From Methanocaldococcus sp. 16A (GTDB lineage Archaea; AGJL01; Methanococci; Methanococcales; Methanocaldococcaceae): a stretch of DNA of 64,000 nt. The position numbers and the translations under genes are program-made. Each line of letters opens with the position of its first letter. Within the stretch, counting starts at the first letter, position 1. Shown here in pieces: positions 1 through 11,218 of the stretch. The notes beneath the pieces are model-generated. The model was not told the DNA's origin. It ran no database searches and saw nothing but the letters and a program-made list of their open reading frames with translations. The stretch lies in assembly GCA_049860595.1 (NCBI GenBank), contig CP187551.1; one strand, 5' to 3'.

Positions 1-471
1 CCATATAAACATTAAACCCAACCAAAAACTTGGAATACTTATACCAATAAGTGACCAAATCCTGCAGAGATGGTCTATTCCTTTATTTCTATATAATGCA
101 GAAACGATACCAAACAAAAACGCAAATGCAACTGAAATTATAAACGTTGAAAAAAACAACTCTGCAGATGCCGGAAATTTCTCTAAAATCTCATTTAAAA
201 CAGGCTCTCCACTACACCATGAAGTTCCAAAATCTCCTCTAACAACATGAGATAACCAATTTATATACTGAACAATTAATGGCTTATCTAAACCTGCCTC
301 AACTCTAAATCTCTCAATCTCTTCTGGGCTTGGCTCTGTTCCTGTATTTATCGTTAATATAAACTCTGCCGGGTCACCAGGAAATACATAAAGTAAAGAA
401 AATGATAAAAAAGATGCTCCTATAAGCGTTGGAATTATCTGTAAGATTCTTTTTAGAATGTATTTTTTCAT
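1..471 (-). CDS. Peptide/nickel ABC transporter permease (DppB/NikB family), runs off the window edge
   Basis: Manual translation from ATG at 471: MKKYILKRILQIIPTLIGASFLSFSLLYVFPGDPA...GLDKPLIVQYINWLSHVVRGDFGTS...SIPSFWLG; typical BPD_transp_1 N-terminus; follows the binding-protein gene. Confidence 0.9.
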   Translation of the reverse strand, partial: MKKYILKRILQIIPTLIGASFLSFSLLYVFPGDPAEFILTINTGTEPSPEEIERFRVEAGLDKPLIVQYINWLSHVVRGDFGTSWCSGEPVLNEILEKFPASAELFFSTFIISVAFAFLFGIVSALYRNKGIDHLCRIWSLIGISIPSFWLGLMFIW

Positions 472-527
472 CTTACCACCAAAAAACTTTAAATTAAATT
501 TAAAATTAAAAAATTAAAAGAGAAAAA

Positions 528-2138
528 TTATTTTTTAACTCCAACTTCAGCAAAGAATGGCTCTCCACTGATTGTGAAGAATTTGTCTGGGCTTGGAGCA
601 TCTACCTTTGGACTCATTACTGCTGTCATAATATCATGGTAGAGTGGAACAACTCCCATCTCATCATACAACGCCTTGTAGAACTCAATTAAATCCTTCT
701 TTCTAACTTCTGGATTAATATCTGCTGGATCTTCAAGGATTTTTTTGCATAAGCTACAGACCTTTTCACTTTCGTATGCATCCCATTTTCCTCCTGGGTA
801 GAATCTCCAATACAATCTTAAGTAGAATCTTCTGTCAGTACCTCCAATGTAATATAACCTCATGTCATAATCTCCAGAATCTCTCTTCTGCTTGTAAGCT
901 CCACTTTCTAAGATTTCAAGTTCTGGGTTAAATCCAGCTTTCTTAAGTTGTTCTTGAATGAGTTGGGCTACTAATATTTGGTCTCCTTGGCTCTTATCAA
1001 CTATGAATTTAACTTTCACGCCCTCTAAACCTTTCTTCTTTAATATTTCTCTAGCCTTCTCTGGGTTGTATTCATACTTAATGCCTGCTTCTTTCATTCC
1101 TGGAGCTTCTGGAACAAACATACCATTCCATGCAGGTCTAACTTGATTACCAAATATCTTAACAATTTCATCTCTGTTTATTGCTAAACTGACAGCTTTT
1201 CTAACCTCTGGGTCGTTAAATGGAGCTTTCTTGTAGTTGAAGGCAATAACCCATGTAATTGGCACATCATGCTTATAAACCTTGAAGCCATCTTTTTCTA
1301 ATAATGGGAGTTGGTTTCTTGGAGTGTATTCAGAACCTCCATGAACATAGTCAGAGATTGCATCAACTTCCCCACTTCTTAAAGCCATGACTCTTGTATC
1401 CTCATCTGGAATGATTTTAACAACAAATCTCTTGAATTTTGGTGTAATGTTATGTCTTTCATACCAGTATGGGTTTGGTTCATAGATTGCGTATTGGTCT
1501 TTTTTGTAATCTACAACCTTAAATGGTCCAGTTCCAATTGGCTTAACCAATGTTCCGTTAGGGTCTCCAACTGGATTAACTGATGTAGGTGCCATTATTC
1601 CAAGGTGATACTCTGCCATCTTAGCCAAGTTGAAGAATCCTGGTTTTTCAAAGTGTATAGCAACTGTATAGTTGTCTATAACATCACACCCCCTTGGAGC
1701 TAAGCTATGCTTTTTCACAATCAATCTATCCATTGTGAATTTTACAGCATAGGCATTGAATTCAAATCCATCAGAAAATTTAATTCCTTTTTTAAGGTGG
1801 AAGATTATTGTTTTACCTCCATCCTTAATTTCCCAGCTTTCTGCTAATGCTGGGACTATCTTATCATGTGCCATATCATATTCTACCAATCTCTCAAGGA
1901 CATGAGTTTTTGGGAAGAACCCTATTCCCCATTTACCTCCTGTAAGTCTATGGTCTTTTCCATAGCCTAAGATGAAGGTATCTTTGTATTCAACAGCCTT
2001 GGTCTCTGCAGGTTTGGTTTCAGTGGTTGTTGGTTTTGTTTCTTCAGTACTTACTTCAGTTTTTTGTGTACAGCCTGCTATAGCTACGCTTCCAAGTAGT
2101 AGGAGGGCTATAGTCAATATAGATATTACCTTTTTCAT
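528..2138 (-). CDS. ABC transporter substrate-binding lipoprotein, family 5 (peptide/nickel)
   Basis: Lipobox IAGC, Thr/Glu linker, PALAESW, PIGTGPF, ALRSGEVD, PFNDPEVRKAVSLAINR motifs. Confidence 0.9.
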   Translation of the reverse strand: MKKVISILTIALLLLGSVAIAGCTQKTEVSTEETKPTTTETKPAETKAVEYKDTFILGYGKDHRLTGGKWGIGFFPKTHVLERLVEYDMAHDKIVPALAESWEIKDGGKTIIFHLKKGIKFSDGFEFNAYAVKFTMDRLIVKKHSLAPRGCDVIDNYTVAIHFEKPGFFNLAKMAEYHLGIMAPTSVNPVGDPNGTLVKPIGTGPFKVVDYKKDQYAIYEPNPYWYERHNITPKFKRFVVKIIPDEDTRVMALRSGEVDAISDYVHGGSEYTPRNQLPLLEKDGFKVYKHDVPITWVIAFNYKKAPFNDPEVRKAVSLAINRDEIVKIFGNQVRPAWNGMFVPEAPGMKEAGIKYEYNPEKAREILKKKGLEGVKVKFIVDKSQGDQILVAQLIQEQLKKAGFNPELEILESGAYKQKRDSGDYDMRLYYIGGTDRRFYLRLYWRFYPGGKWDAYESEKVCSLCKKILEDPADINPEVRKKDLIEFYKALYDEMGVVPLYHDIMTAVMSPKVDAPSPDKFFTISGEPFFAEVGVKK

Positions 2139-2368
2139 ATGCCCACCTCATACTTATGTGCTATTTTATATTATTTAATCATAGCATTTTTAAAAAACAT
2201 TACTTTAGGTATATAAAATTTTCTATTTTATATTATTAAATATGAATAATTAAAATTTTTATATTACACAAATTACAAAAATGAAAATAAAGAAAAACGA
2301 TTCAGAACAAAGAGTATTTATAATTACGATGCCAAACTGTTAAATAAATTACACAAAAGGTTGATATC

Positions 2369-3187
2369 ATGATTATAGCGGGAACTATGCCAATAAAAGG
2401 TTTAGAATTAATAGAAGGAAAACCAGAGTTAAAAGGAAATAAAATAATAATTAACAACAAAGAGTTTCCGATATCTATGGGGACTGGTGCTTTGATAGGA
2501 GCAGTTTTAAAAACGTTGGAATATTTTGACGATGATGATGTTAGAGTAATAACTGCTGGGGATATTGGAGAAGGAGATGGAAGTTTAAAGATTTATGATG
2601 CGTTAAAAGATGTTGATGATGATTTATTAGTTATTCATTACATAAAACCAAAAATATCAAAAATTAAGGAGATTGATTTCTCTCCAAAGATTATTGCAGA
2701 TGCTGGAGGAATGTATGTAGCAAAAGCGGCAAACATAGGGGATAAGTTTTATCTGTTTCTACCAGATGTTGGTGAATTGGCATTTTTGGCAGATGAGAAA
2801 GCTACACATCCTGCCTATGTTAGAGGCTTTATATCTGAGATTGACGATAAAGAAGTTCCTAAATTAATAGAAAGAGCTTACAAATTGAAAATGCCTAAGT
2901 ATATGGTTGTTAAAGGAGAAACTGATTATGTTGTCAATGAAGGAAAAATAATTGACACAATAAAAGAACCAAAAATAGAGGCAATGGAGTGTATAGGAGG
3001 TACAGGAGACACTTTAACAGGAATAATATCCTCCTTAATAAGTGTTGGATTTAAGACAGAAGATGCTATGAGCTTAGGATGTAAAATAAATAGAAAACTT
3101 GGAGAAGTTGTCAATGCTAAGCCAGATACACAGATTGTGGAAATAATTAACGCCATTCCTAAGGTTTTAGAAGAATATATAAAATAA
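2369..3187 (+). CDS. YjeF/carbohydrate-kinase-like protein (ribokinase fold)
   Basis: ADAGGM, VVKGETD and IGGTGDTLTG motifs; AGGTTGA RBS. Confidence 0.7.
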   Translation: MIIAGTMPIKGLELIEGKPELKGNKIIINNKEFPISMGTGALIGAVLKTLEYFDDDDVRVITAGDIGEGDGSLKIYDALKDVDDDLLVIHYIKPKISKIKEIDFSPKIIADAGGMYVAKAANIGDKFYLFLPDVGELAFLADEKATHPAYVRGFISEIDDKEVPKLIERAYKLKMPKYMVVKGETDYVVNEGKIIDTIKEPKIEAMECIGGTGDTLTGIISSLISVGFKTEDAMSLGCKINRKLGEVVNAKPDTQIVEIINAIPKVLEEYIK

Positions 3188-3351
3188 AAATCTTTTTTAT
3201 TAAAAAAAGGTTATTAATAAAAGTAATAGCAAATTATATTTTTTTTAATATCATTAACAATCTATGAACCTTATTAGAAAAAATAATAAAATATTTATAG
3301 CAAATTTCTAAACTTTATTATGCAAAACCTATAACGTTGAAGGTTGAGAAT

Positions 3352-4380
3352 ATGAAAGTGTCTGTTTATGGAGCTGGAAATCAAAATTTATATATAAACC
3401 AGTTAAATCTACCAGAAAAATTTGGTGGGGAACCTCCCTACGGTGGAGCAAGAATGGCTATAGAGTTTGCTAAAGCCGGGCATGATGTTATCTTAGCAGA
3501 ACCAAATAAAGATATAATGAGCGATGATTTATGGAAGAAAGTTGAAGATGCAGGAGTTAAAGTTGTTAGTGATGATATAGAAGCAGCAAAGCATGGAGAA
3601 GTGCATATCTTATTTACACCGTTCGGTAAAACAACATTTAACATAGCAAAAACTATTATTGAGTATATTCCCGAAAATGCTGTTATTTGTAATACTTGTA
3701 CAGTTTCACCTGTTGTTTTATACTATTCTTTAGAACCGATTTTAAGAACAAAAAGAAAAGATGTAGGAATTAGCTCAATGCATCCAGCAGCTGTTCCTGG
3801 GACTCCACAACATGGACATTATGTTATTGGTGGGAAAACAACCGATGGTAGAGAATTAGCAAGCGAAAGTCAAATAAACAAATTGGTAGAGCTTGCTAAA
3901 AGTGCTGGAAAAGAGGCCTATGTAGTTCCTGCTGATGTATCTTCAGTTGTTTCGGATATGGGTTCTTTGGTAACAGCAGTAGCGTTATCTGGAGTTTTAG
4001 ATTACTATACTGTGGGGAGTAAAATTATAAAAGCTCCTAAAAAGATGATTGAACAGCAAGTTATTATGACTTTACAAACAATGGCATCTCTTGTAGAAAC
4101 TTCAGGTATTGAAGGCTTGATAAAAGCGTTAAATCCAGAGTTGCTAATAAGAAGTGCTTCATCAATGAAGTTGTTAGATATGCAGAAAGATTTAGACGCT
4201 GCTTTAGAAATTCTTAAAAACTTAGATGAAACTTTGAAAAAAGATATTGAAAATGCAGAGATAAAACCTACAACGCTTGTAGCGGCTCAATCATTAGTTA
4301 ACGAGATAAAAACATTAATAGGAGGAGCTGCTGCTGAAGGAGCAATAAAAAGAAGTGCAAGAAAACTATTTGAGCGTTAA
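3352..4380 (+). CDS. H2-forming methylene-H4MPT dehydrogenase-related protein (HmdII/III paralogue)
   Basis: VYGAGNQ Rossmann start, LFTPFG, CNTCT, MHPAAVPG; ATG 3352 preceded by AGGTTGAG. Confidence 0.9.
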   Translation: MKVSVYGAGNQNLYINQLNLPEKFGGEPPYGGARMAIEFAKAGHDVILAEPNKDIMSDDLWKKVEDAGVKVVSDDIEAAKHGEVHILFTPFGKTTFNIAKTIIEYIPENAVICNTCTVSPVVLYYSLEPILRTKRKDVGISSMHPAAVPGTPQHGHYVIGGKTTDGRELASESQINKLVELAKSAGKEAYVVPADVSSVVSDMGSLVTAVALSGVLDYYTVGSKIIKAPKKMIEQQVIMTLQTMASLVETSGIEGLIKALNPELLIRSASSMKLLDMQKDLDAALEILKNLDETLKKDIENAEIKPTTLVAAQSLVNEIKTLIGGAAAEGAIKRSARKLFER

Positions 4381-4412
4381 ATTGAATTATTATTTATTTT
4401 TAGGGGAGATTT

Positions 4413-4880
4413 ATGAAGAAAGTTGGGGAAATAAAAGTTGTAGTAGTTGGTTCAAGTGATGTTGGAAAAACCACATTAATGGAAAATTTAATTGGTAGAA
4501 TTGGAAAAGTTGAACATAATGGCATTACAACAGCCATTGATTATGGTTCATTAACAATAAATGCTAAAAAAATTCACTTCTTTGGAACTCCAGGTCAAAA
4601 AAGGTTTGAATTTATGAGAGAATTAGCATTAAAAGGAACAAATTTAGCTTTAGTAGTTTTAGATGCATCAAGAGGAATAACTAAAGAAGACGAAGAAATA
4701 ATAAAACTATTAGAATCTAAACAAATCCCATACGGAGTTTTTATAAACAAAACAGATATTGGGAAAATTAACATAAATGAAGTCTATAATTTATGTAACC
4801 CAAAATTTGTGGTTAAAGGTTGTGCAATAAAAAAAGAAGGATTTGATGAGCTTATCAACAATATTATATCACACATTTAG
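4413..4880 (+). CDS. Small GTPase, MglA-like
   Basis: G1 GSSDVGKTT, TTAIDYG, FGTPGQKRF, G4 NKTD. Confidence 0.85.
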   Translation: MKKVGEIKVVVVGSSDVGKTTLMENLIGRIGKVEHNGITTAIDYGSLTINAKKIHFFGTPGQKRFEFMRELALKGTNLALVVLDASRGITKEDEEIIKLLESKQIPYGVFINKTDIGKININEVYNLCNPKFVVKGCAIKKEGFDELINNIISHI

Positions 4881-4954
4881 TGAAAAAATTTAAAAAATTT
4901 TATATAACAAAAGTACATAACTTATAGGGTTAAGGTATTTAATAAGGTGAAAAT

Positions 4955-5299
4955 ATGATTGATAGAGTATTAATAGAGCTAAATAAAACAGAAGGGATTA
5001 AAGGTTCAATGGTTGTAGGAAAAGATGGTTTGGTTATAGCTACTCAATTGCCAGGGAATGTTGATGCCGAGTTAGTAGGGGCTATGGCATCAGCAGCATT
5101 TGGGGCTGCTGAGAGAACAGCTGCAGAAATTGGTATGGGTAATTTAGAACAAACAATGATTGAAGGGGAGCATGGTAAAACTTTAATGGTCGATGCAGGA
5201 GAGGGAATCTTAGTTGTTTTAACAGATGCAAAAGTTAATTTAGGTCTAATTAGAATTACTATGAAAAGAGCTGCAGAGAAAATAAAAGCTATGTTCTAA
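4955..5299 (+). CDS. Roadblock/LC7 domain protein (MglB-like)
   Basis: [10 protein letters not shown]...[11 protein letters not shown]...NLGLIR pattern; directly downstream of the GTPase. Confidence 0.85.
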   Translation: MIDRVLIELNKTEGIKGSMVVGKDGLVIATQLPGNVDAELVGAMASAAFGAAERTAAEIGMGNLEQTMIEGEHGKTLMVDAGEGILVVLTDAKVNLGLIRITMKRAAEKIKAMF

Positions 5300-5309
5300 G
5301 TTTATAATG

Positions 5310-6248
5310 TTATAATATAGAATTTAATAATACAATGATTTCATTTATAACTTCTTTGTTTAGCTCTGAAACATCAATTTTCTTTGTTTCAAATACAATT
5401 CCATTTTTTAAAACCCTATCATAATTTGGGCATATTGTAGTTATTGATTTTTTGTTGTCTAATTTTATTAGGCTGTTAATTTTTTTAGACATATTTTTTG
5501 GATTTTCGCATTCAATAAATATAGATATTCCTTCATATTCTTTAAAATAAGCGTTTTCAATTTCATTTTTAATCACTTCATTTGCCATAATATATTTTTT
5601 GTAGGTTTTTTTAGCGTTCAATAGTTCTTCTTTTAAAAGACCAAAATAATTTATTGTTTTATATGTTTTGGATATTATTTTAATATCATTTAAAGCATTT
5701 CCTAATTTTTCTTCGATTTCTTTACTTATTCCTAAAAAACCACCGTATTCACAATTTAATATCTTTGGACTTCCAGTGGAACAAACAATAATATCACCAT
5801 ATCCGCAATCTCCACCAATTTTTCCTGAAATATCTTCAATAAACAAAATTTCTTTCTCTTCACATAATTTTTTTATTTCTTTTAATGGTTGTGGAGCTAA
5901 ATATCCTGCTAATGATGTTAAAATAACAGATGAATTTTCTTTTATGGCTTTATCCAAATTTTCTATATCGACAATCCCCAAATTTGTTTTTAGCGTTCTA
6001 GTCTTTAAATTCAATACTTTTGGAAATTTTAAAAACCCTTGCCAACCTCCCATATCAGGGATTAAAATCTCATCACTATAAGTTTTTGCTATCCACATTG
6101 ATAGAAATACTGCAGAACTTCCTGATGGGAGAAAAGTTATTTTGTAATCCCTATTTAATAGCTCATTTATAATCATCTCAACTTCTTCTTTATTCCCTTC
6201 TTTATTTATTAATCCATAGGTATTCGGTCTTCTATGCTTAAGAATCAT
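5310..6248 (-). CDS. PLP-dependent transferase-like protein (fold type I), function unknown
   Basis: [28 protein letters not shown]; start moved to ATG 6248 after GGTGA. Confidence 0.6.
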   Translation of the reverse strand: MILKHRRPNTYGLINKEGNKEEVEMIINELLNRDYKITFLPSGSSAVFLSMWIAKTYSDEILIPDMGGWQGFLKFPKVLNLKTRTLKTNLGIVDIENLDKAIKENSSVILTSLAGYLAPQPLKEIKKLCEEKEILFIEDISGKIGGDCGYGDIIVCSTGSPKILNCEYGGFLGISKEIEEKLGNALNDIKIISKTYKTINYFGLLKEELLNAKKTYKKYIMANEVIKNEIENAYFKEYEGISIFIECENPKNMSKKINSLIKLDNKKSITTICPNYDRVLKNGIVFETKKIDVSELNKEVINEIIVLLNSIL

Positions 6249-6724
6249 TATATCACCACTATTTACTATCAACGAAATCAACAAGAAGTATTTACTAATG
6301 ATTAATAAAAGAAAAATAACCGCATTTATGGTAAAAGAATTAAATAAAGAAGTATGATACATATTTAAATGGAAGAAAAATTATACTAGGAAGGGATATT
6401 AAAGTTAAAAGAAAATATCTCACAAATAAATAATAAATTTAGGTTGTTGCAGAATTAATATGGGCTATTGAGAATACTTGTATTTATACTAATCGCTGAT
6501 ATGCTTGGAAATCTTAATCTATTTATCTGAAGAAAAAATAACTGAAGATAAATTAAAAAAATATAAAAAAGTTTTAGACTAATCTTTTTTACTAAATTTT
6601 TTAAGTTACTAAAAAAGAAAAAAAGTAAAGAAAAAGAGTTTAGTATAATTTTTACCCCTCCCCCGTAAATTATGATTAAATTAATCGTTATAAACTTAAT
6701 TATTAAAGAAAGGGATAATATAAT

Positions 6725-7975
6725 TTAGAGGACAGTTTCTTCTGGGTAAGCAGGCATCTTGTGCTCTGCCAAGTCCAATCCTATTTTCTCTTCTTCTTCA
6801 CTAACTCTCAATCCTCCAAGAACTATTCCTACAATCTTAGCAAGTATAAATCCTAAACCAGTTCCGTAAATGATACAGAATATTGATGCAATAATTTGTT
6901 CAACTAAATTGACATCTCCAGTACCTCCTAAAGCAGTCATTCCAAAGATTCCTGCTAATATAGCTCCAACAACTCCTGCAGTTCCATGAACTGGAACGAC
7001 ACCACAGACATCATCTATACCATACTTTTCAAGTAATCTGTAGACAATTGGAACTTGTAATCCTGCAATTAAACCTATCAATAATCCACCAATTGGACTT
7101 ACAATATCTGTTCCTGAACAGATAGCTACTAAACCAGCAACAATTCCGTTAGCTGTAAAGAGGACATCTTTCTTTGAAGCAATTAAAGCTCCAATTCCTC
7201 CTCCAGCCATTGCCAAGGTTGTTGTTGCACATACGAGTCCTGAGATATCTCCTAATGCTAATGAACTACCTACGTTGAATCCATACCAACCAATAGCCAA
7301 TGCCAATGCTCCAAAGACAGCCATTGGTATGTTATGCCCTAATATTGGCACTGGTTTTCCATTAACGAATCTTCCTACTCTTGGACCTAATGCCATTATA
7401 GCTCCTAAAGCTAAGAATCCTCCCAAACCGTGTACTACCAAACTTCCAGCATAGTCATGCCATGGGACAATTCCAGCTCCCCAAGGTCCTAAATATACAA
7501 AGAACGGATACAAGAACGCTGTAATAATCAAAGATATTAATACATAAGCACTAAATTTAATTCTCTCTGCAACTCCTCCAGATACAATTGTTGCCGCTGT
7601 TGCACAGAATACCAAACCAAAGAACCAGTTTGCCAACTCTAAACCATTATCTACTAAGAAAGGTGATGCTGAGAATATTTTACTCCACCAGTCAATGAAA
7701 TCAGCTGGATTTATTGAGGCATATAAAACTCCACCAATTAATAACCATGAAACACAACCAATAAACCAATCAACCATGTTTTTCATCATAACATTATTAA
7801 CATTTTTCTTTCTAACCTGCCCTCCTTCAAGCATTGCAAAGCCCCACTGCATCATGAAGACAAGAACACCCATAACAACAAGGAAGAAAACATCTGAAGC
7901 ATTAGCCATTACAGTCAAGGCCTGAACTATTGAATTTATATCAGTTGCATTTGCTAATAAATCTGCTGTAGCCAT
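6725..7975 (-). CDS. amtB: Ammonium transporter
   Basis: FMMQWGFAMLEGG, ATIVSGGVAER, DYAGSLVVH, WYGFNVGS, IDDVCGVVPVHG. Confidence 0.95.
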   Translation of the reverse strand: MATADLLANATDINSIVQALTVMANASDVFFLVVMGVLVFMMQWGFAMLEGGQVRKKNVNNVMMKNMVDWFIGCVSWLLIGGVLYASINPADFIDWWSKIFSASPFLVDNGLELANWFFGLVFCATAATIVSGGVAERIKFSAYVLISLIITAFLYPFFVYLGPWGAGIVPWHDYAGSLVVHGLGGFLALGAIMALGPRVGRFVNGKPVPILGHNIPMAVFGALALAIGWYGFNVGSSLALGDISGLVCATTTLAMAGGGIGALIASKKDVLFTANGIVAGLVAICSGTDIVSPIGGLLIGLIAGLQVPIVYRLLEKYGIDDVCGVVPVHGTAGVVGAILAGIFGMTALGGTGDVNLVEQIIASIFCIIYGTGLGFILAKIVGIVLGGLRVSEEEEKIGLDLAEHKMPAYPEETVL

Positions 7976-8006
7976 TGCCTTCACCTCTATGTTTTATTTT
8001 TTAATC

Positions 8007-8357
<351 letters not shown>

Positions 8358-8376
8358 CTATATCATACTTGGAAAC

Positions 8377-8448
8377 GGAAATCTTATTCTTAGGGAAAAG
8401 GAAATTACATTCCTATCTACTCTAAAAAATGGTATAAAAACTTTTCGG
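8377..8448 (-). promoter_or_regulatory. glnK-amtB promoter with NrpR operators
   Basis: GGAA-ATTACA-TTCC at 8400-8413; near-match GGAA-ATCTTA-TTCT at 8377-8390; BRE/TATA (CCGAAAAGTTTTTATA on minus) at ~8433-8448. Confidence 0.85.
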
Positions 8449-8758
8449 TAATTTGTAAAAATAAATATAAAAATTTATAATAACTAAATTATATAAATTT
8501 ATCAATAATAAGGAAGATAAAAGAAGCTGTTGAATGTTACAATAATACTTAAAATTCATAAATAAATTCTATTTTTTAATTTTTAATTTTTTACAAAATC
8601 AAATATAAAAATAAAAATAAATGTTTTAAGATATGGAAAAGTATATATTTCTGCACCTTATTTTAATAATATTATAAATTATAGTTATTATTATTGACGA
8701 AATTCGTAGATTATATTGTTAACTTATCTTATTATTAAAATCGGGGGAGGGGAGAGCT

Positions 8759-9685
8759 ATGGAAATGCACAATGAAAGCATTTTATGGGATGAATATTTT
8801 GATGCACTTGAAAAAAAGAACTACGAAAAAGCTCTTTATCTAATAGACAAAATCTTAGAAATTAGAAAAGCTCCAGACATCTACGTAAGAAAAGGAAAAA
8901 TATTAAGAACAATAGGAAAAAATGACGAAGCATTAGAATACTTCAATAAAGCATTAAAAATAAAACCAAAATACATCTTGGCAAATTTCTTAAAAGGGGC
9001 TTTATTAGTAAGTTTAGGTAGATTAGAAGAAGCAAAAGAAGTGTTTTTAAAATTATATAAATTAAAAAAATCTGACTTATCTGTCAAATATGCTATTGCT
9101 TTTATACTAAAAAAACTTGGAGAATATGATTCAGCATTAAAAATTCTTGAAGATATATTAGAAAAATATCCAAACTCAGCCATTGCCTGGGCAGAGAAAG
9201 GAGAGATATTATATAGAGAAGGAAAGCTTAAAAAATCTTTAGAATGCTTTGATAAAGCTCTAAAAATAAATCCTAATGATTGTCAATCTTTACAATACAA
9301 AGGAGAAATATTATTTAAACTTGGAAGGTATGGAGAGGCGTTAAAATGCTTTAAAAAGGTTTTTGAGAGAAGTGGTAAAGATATACGCGCATTAATGTAC
9401 ATAATACAGATTTTAATTTACCTTGGGAGATTAAGTCAAGCTCTCGAATATACAAAAAAAGCTCTAAAATTAAACCCAGAAGACCCACTACTATATTTAT
9501 ATAAAGGAATTATCTTAAACAAATTAGGAAAATATGAAGAAGCTATAAAGTGTTTTGATAAAGTATTAGAGATTAATCCAAATTTCCCAGAAGCTTGGAA
9601 TGGTAAAGCTGTAGCTCTTGAAAAACTTGGAAGAATCAATGAAGCTATAGAATGCTACAATAGAGCACTTGAAATCTATGAATAG
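8759..9685 (+). CDS. Tetratricopeptide repeat protein
   Basis: About 8-9 repeats of the type AW..KG..L..LG.YEEA..CFDKAL.INP. Confidence 0.9.
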   Translation: MEMHNESILWDEYFDALEKKNYEKALYLIDKILEIRKAPDIYVRKGKILRTIGKNDEALEYFNKALKIKPKYILANFLKGALLVSLGRLEEAKEVFLKLYKLKKSDLSVKYAIAFILKKLGEYDSALKILEDILEKYPNSAIAWAEKGEILYREGKLKKSLECFDKALKINPNDCQSLQYKGEILFKLGRYGEALKCFKKVFERSGKDIRALMYIIQILIYLGRLSQALEYTKKALKLNPEDPLLYLYKGIILNKLGKYEEAIKCFDKVLEINPNFPEAWNGKAVALEKLGRINEAIECYNRALEIYE

Positions 9686-9724
9686 ATTTTTATATTTTTA
9701 TATGTTATTTAATACTGAATTATA

Positions 9725-9764
9725 CCGTAAATTATATATATATGGAAGTAGGAAACTTACTTCC
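9725..9764 (+). promoter_or_regulatory. glnA promoter with NrpR operator
   Basis: CCGTAAATTATATATA (BRE/TATA) followed by GGAA-ACTTAC-TTCC at 9751-9764. Confidence 0.85.
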
Positions 9765-9787
9765 AGAATTTGCATTGGGGGATAGAA

Positions 9788-11134
9788 ATGAATGTCGAAC
9801 AAGCAATAGAATATGTAAAGAAGAACAATGTTAAGTTCATAAGATTTCAGTTTGTTGACATATTAGGATTCCCAAAGAACGTTGCATATCCTGTTAAAGC
9901 TGGAGAAAAGGGAATTGAAGAATTAAGAGATATCTTTGAAAATGGAGTTTGGTTTGACGGTTCATCAATTACTGGTTTTGTAGGTATTGAAGAATCAGAT
10001 ATGTTATTAAAACCAGACTTATCAACACTCTCTGTTTTACCATGGAGACCAGAAGAGAAAAGCGTTGCGAGAGTTATCTGTGATGTTTACAAAGATGAGA
10101 AAACACCATTCGAAGGAGACCCAAGAAGCAGATTAAAAGCTATTTTAAATGAGTTAAAAGAAGAAATGAATGGAGAGTTTTTCGTTGGTCCAGAGCCAGA
10201 GTTCTTCTTGTTAAAGAGAGACCCACACAACCCACACAGATGGATTCCTGCAGATGATGGTGGCTACTTCGATGTTGAGCCATTAGACGATGCTCCAGAC
10301 ATTAGAAGAGATATAGTCTTAGCTTTAGAAAACTTAGGATTCCATGTTGAAGCATCCCACCACGAAGTAGCTCCAGGACAGCACGAAGTTGATTTCAAAT
10401 TCGACAACGCTTTAAAAACTGCTGACAGTGTTGTAACCTTCAAGATGACAATTAAAAACATTGCTAAGAAACATGGCTTAAGAGCTACATTCATGCCAAA
10501 ACCATTCTTTGGAATGAACGGAAACGGAATGCACTGCCACCAGAGTGTTTGGTTTAATGGAGAACCATCATTCTACGACCCAGAAGGTCCATACAATGGA
10601 TTAAGTGAAACATGTTTAAGCTACATTGCAGGTATTTTAAGCCACGCTAAGGCATTAGTTGCTATAACAAACCCAACAGTCAACTCATACAAAAGATTGG
10701 TCCCTGGTTACGAAGCTCCAGTAAACATTGCATGGGCTAACAAGAACAGAAGTGCTATCATCAGAGTCCCAGCTGCAAGAGGAAAAGCTACAAGAATCGA
10801 GTTCAGAGCTCCAGACCCAACATGCAACCCATACTTAGCATTTGCTTGTATGTTAGCAGCTGGATTAGATGGAATTAAGAAGAAAATGGAAGCTCCAGAA
10901 CCTGTTGAGAGAAACATCTTTAGAATGTCAGAAGAAGAGAAAAAGCAGTTAGGAATTGAGTCAGTTCCTGCAAACTTGGCTGCTGCATTAGATGAGTTAG
11001 AATGTGATGAAGTCTTGCAAAAAGCTTTAGGTAAGCACATCTACGAAAACTACATGGAGATTAAGAGAGCTGAATGGGATGATTTCAGAACATCAGTTAC
11101 AGACTGGGAGTTTGGTAAATACTTAGTCTACTAA
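9788..11134 (+). CDS. glnA: Glutamine synthetase type I
   Basis: FDGSSI, GPEPEFF, HHEVAPGQHE, ATFMPKP, NSYKRLVPGYEAP, RIEFRAPD; start at ATG 9788. Confidence 0.97.
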   Translation: MNVEQAIEYVKKNNVKFIRFQFVDILGFPKNVAYPVKAGEKGIEELRDIFENGVWFDGSSITGFVGIEESDMLLKPDLSTLSVLPWRPEEKSVARVICDVYKDEKTPFEGDPRSRLKAILNELKEEMNGEFFVGPEPEFFLLKRDPHNPHRWIPADDGGYFDVEPLDDAPDIRRDIVLALENLGFHVEASHHEVAPGQHEVDFKFDNALKTADSVVTFKMTIKNIAKKHGLRATFMPKPFFGMNGNGMHCHQSVWFNGEPSFYDPEGPYNGLSETCLSYIAGILSHAKALVAITNPTVNSYKRLVPGYEAPVNIAWANKNRSAIIRVPAARGKATRIEFRAPDPTCNPYLAFACMLAAGLDGIKKKMEAPEPVERNIFRMSEEEKKQLGIESVPANLAAALDELECDEVLQKALGKHIYENYMEIKRAEWDDFRTSVTDWEFGKYLVY

Positions 11135-11218
11135 ATTCCTAAATCTCTAACTTTATCTTTTTTTATTCAAACAAAATTTTAAAAATTTCAATTATTCAAT
11201 CTAAAAAAGGATGAGATT

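Noticed and set aside
2159-2186. TGCTAT-N16-ATAGCA as a NikR-like operator for the ABC transporter
   Set aside because: Half-sites differ from known NikR consensus and such palindromes are common in AT-rich DNA
6365-6600. Coding-like composition on the plus strand (possible gene relic)
   Set aside because: Broken by stops and no family recognisable by eye
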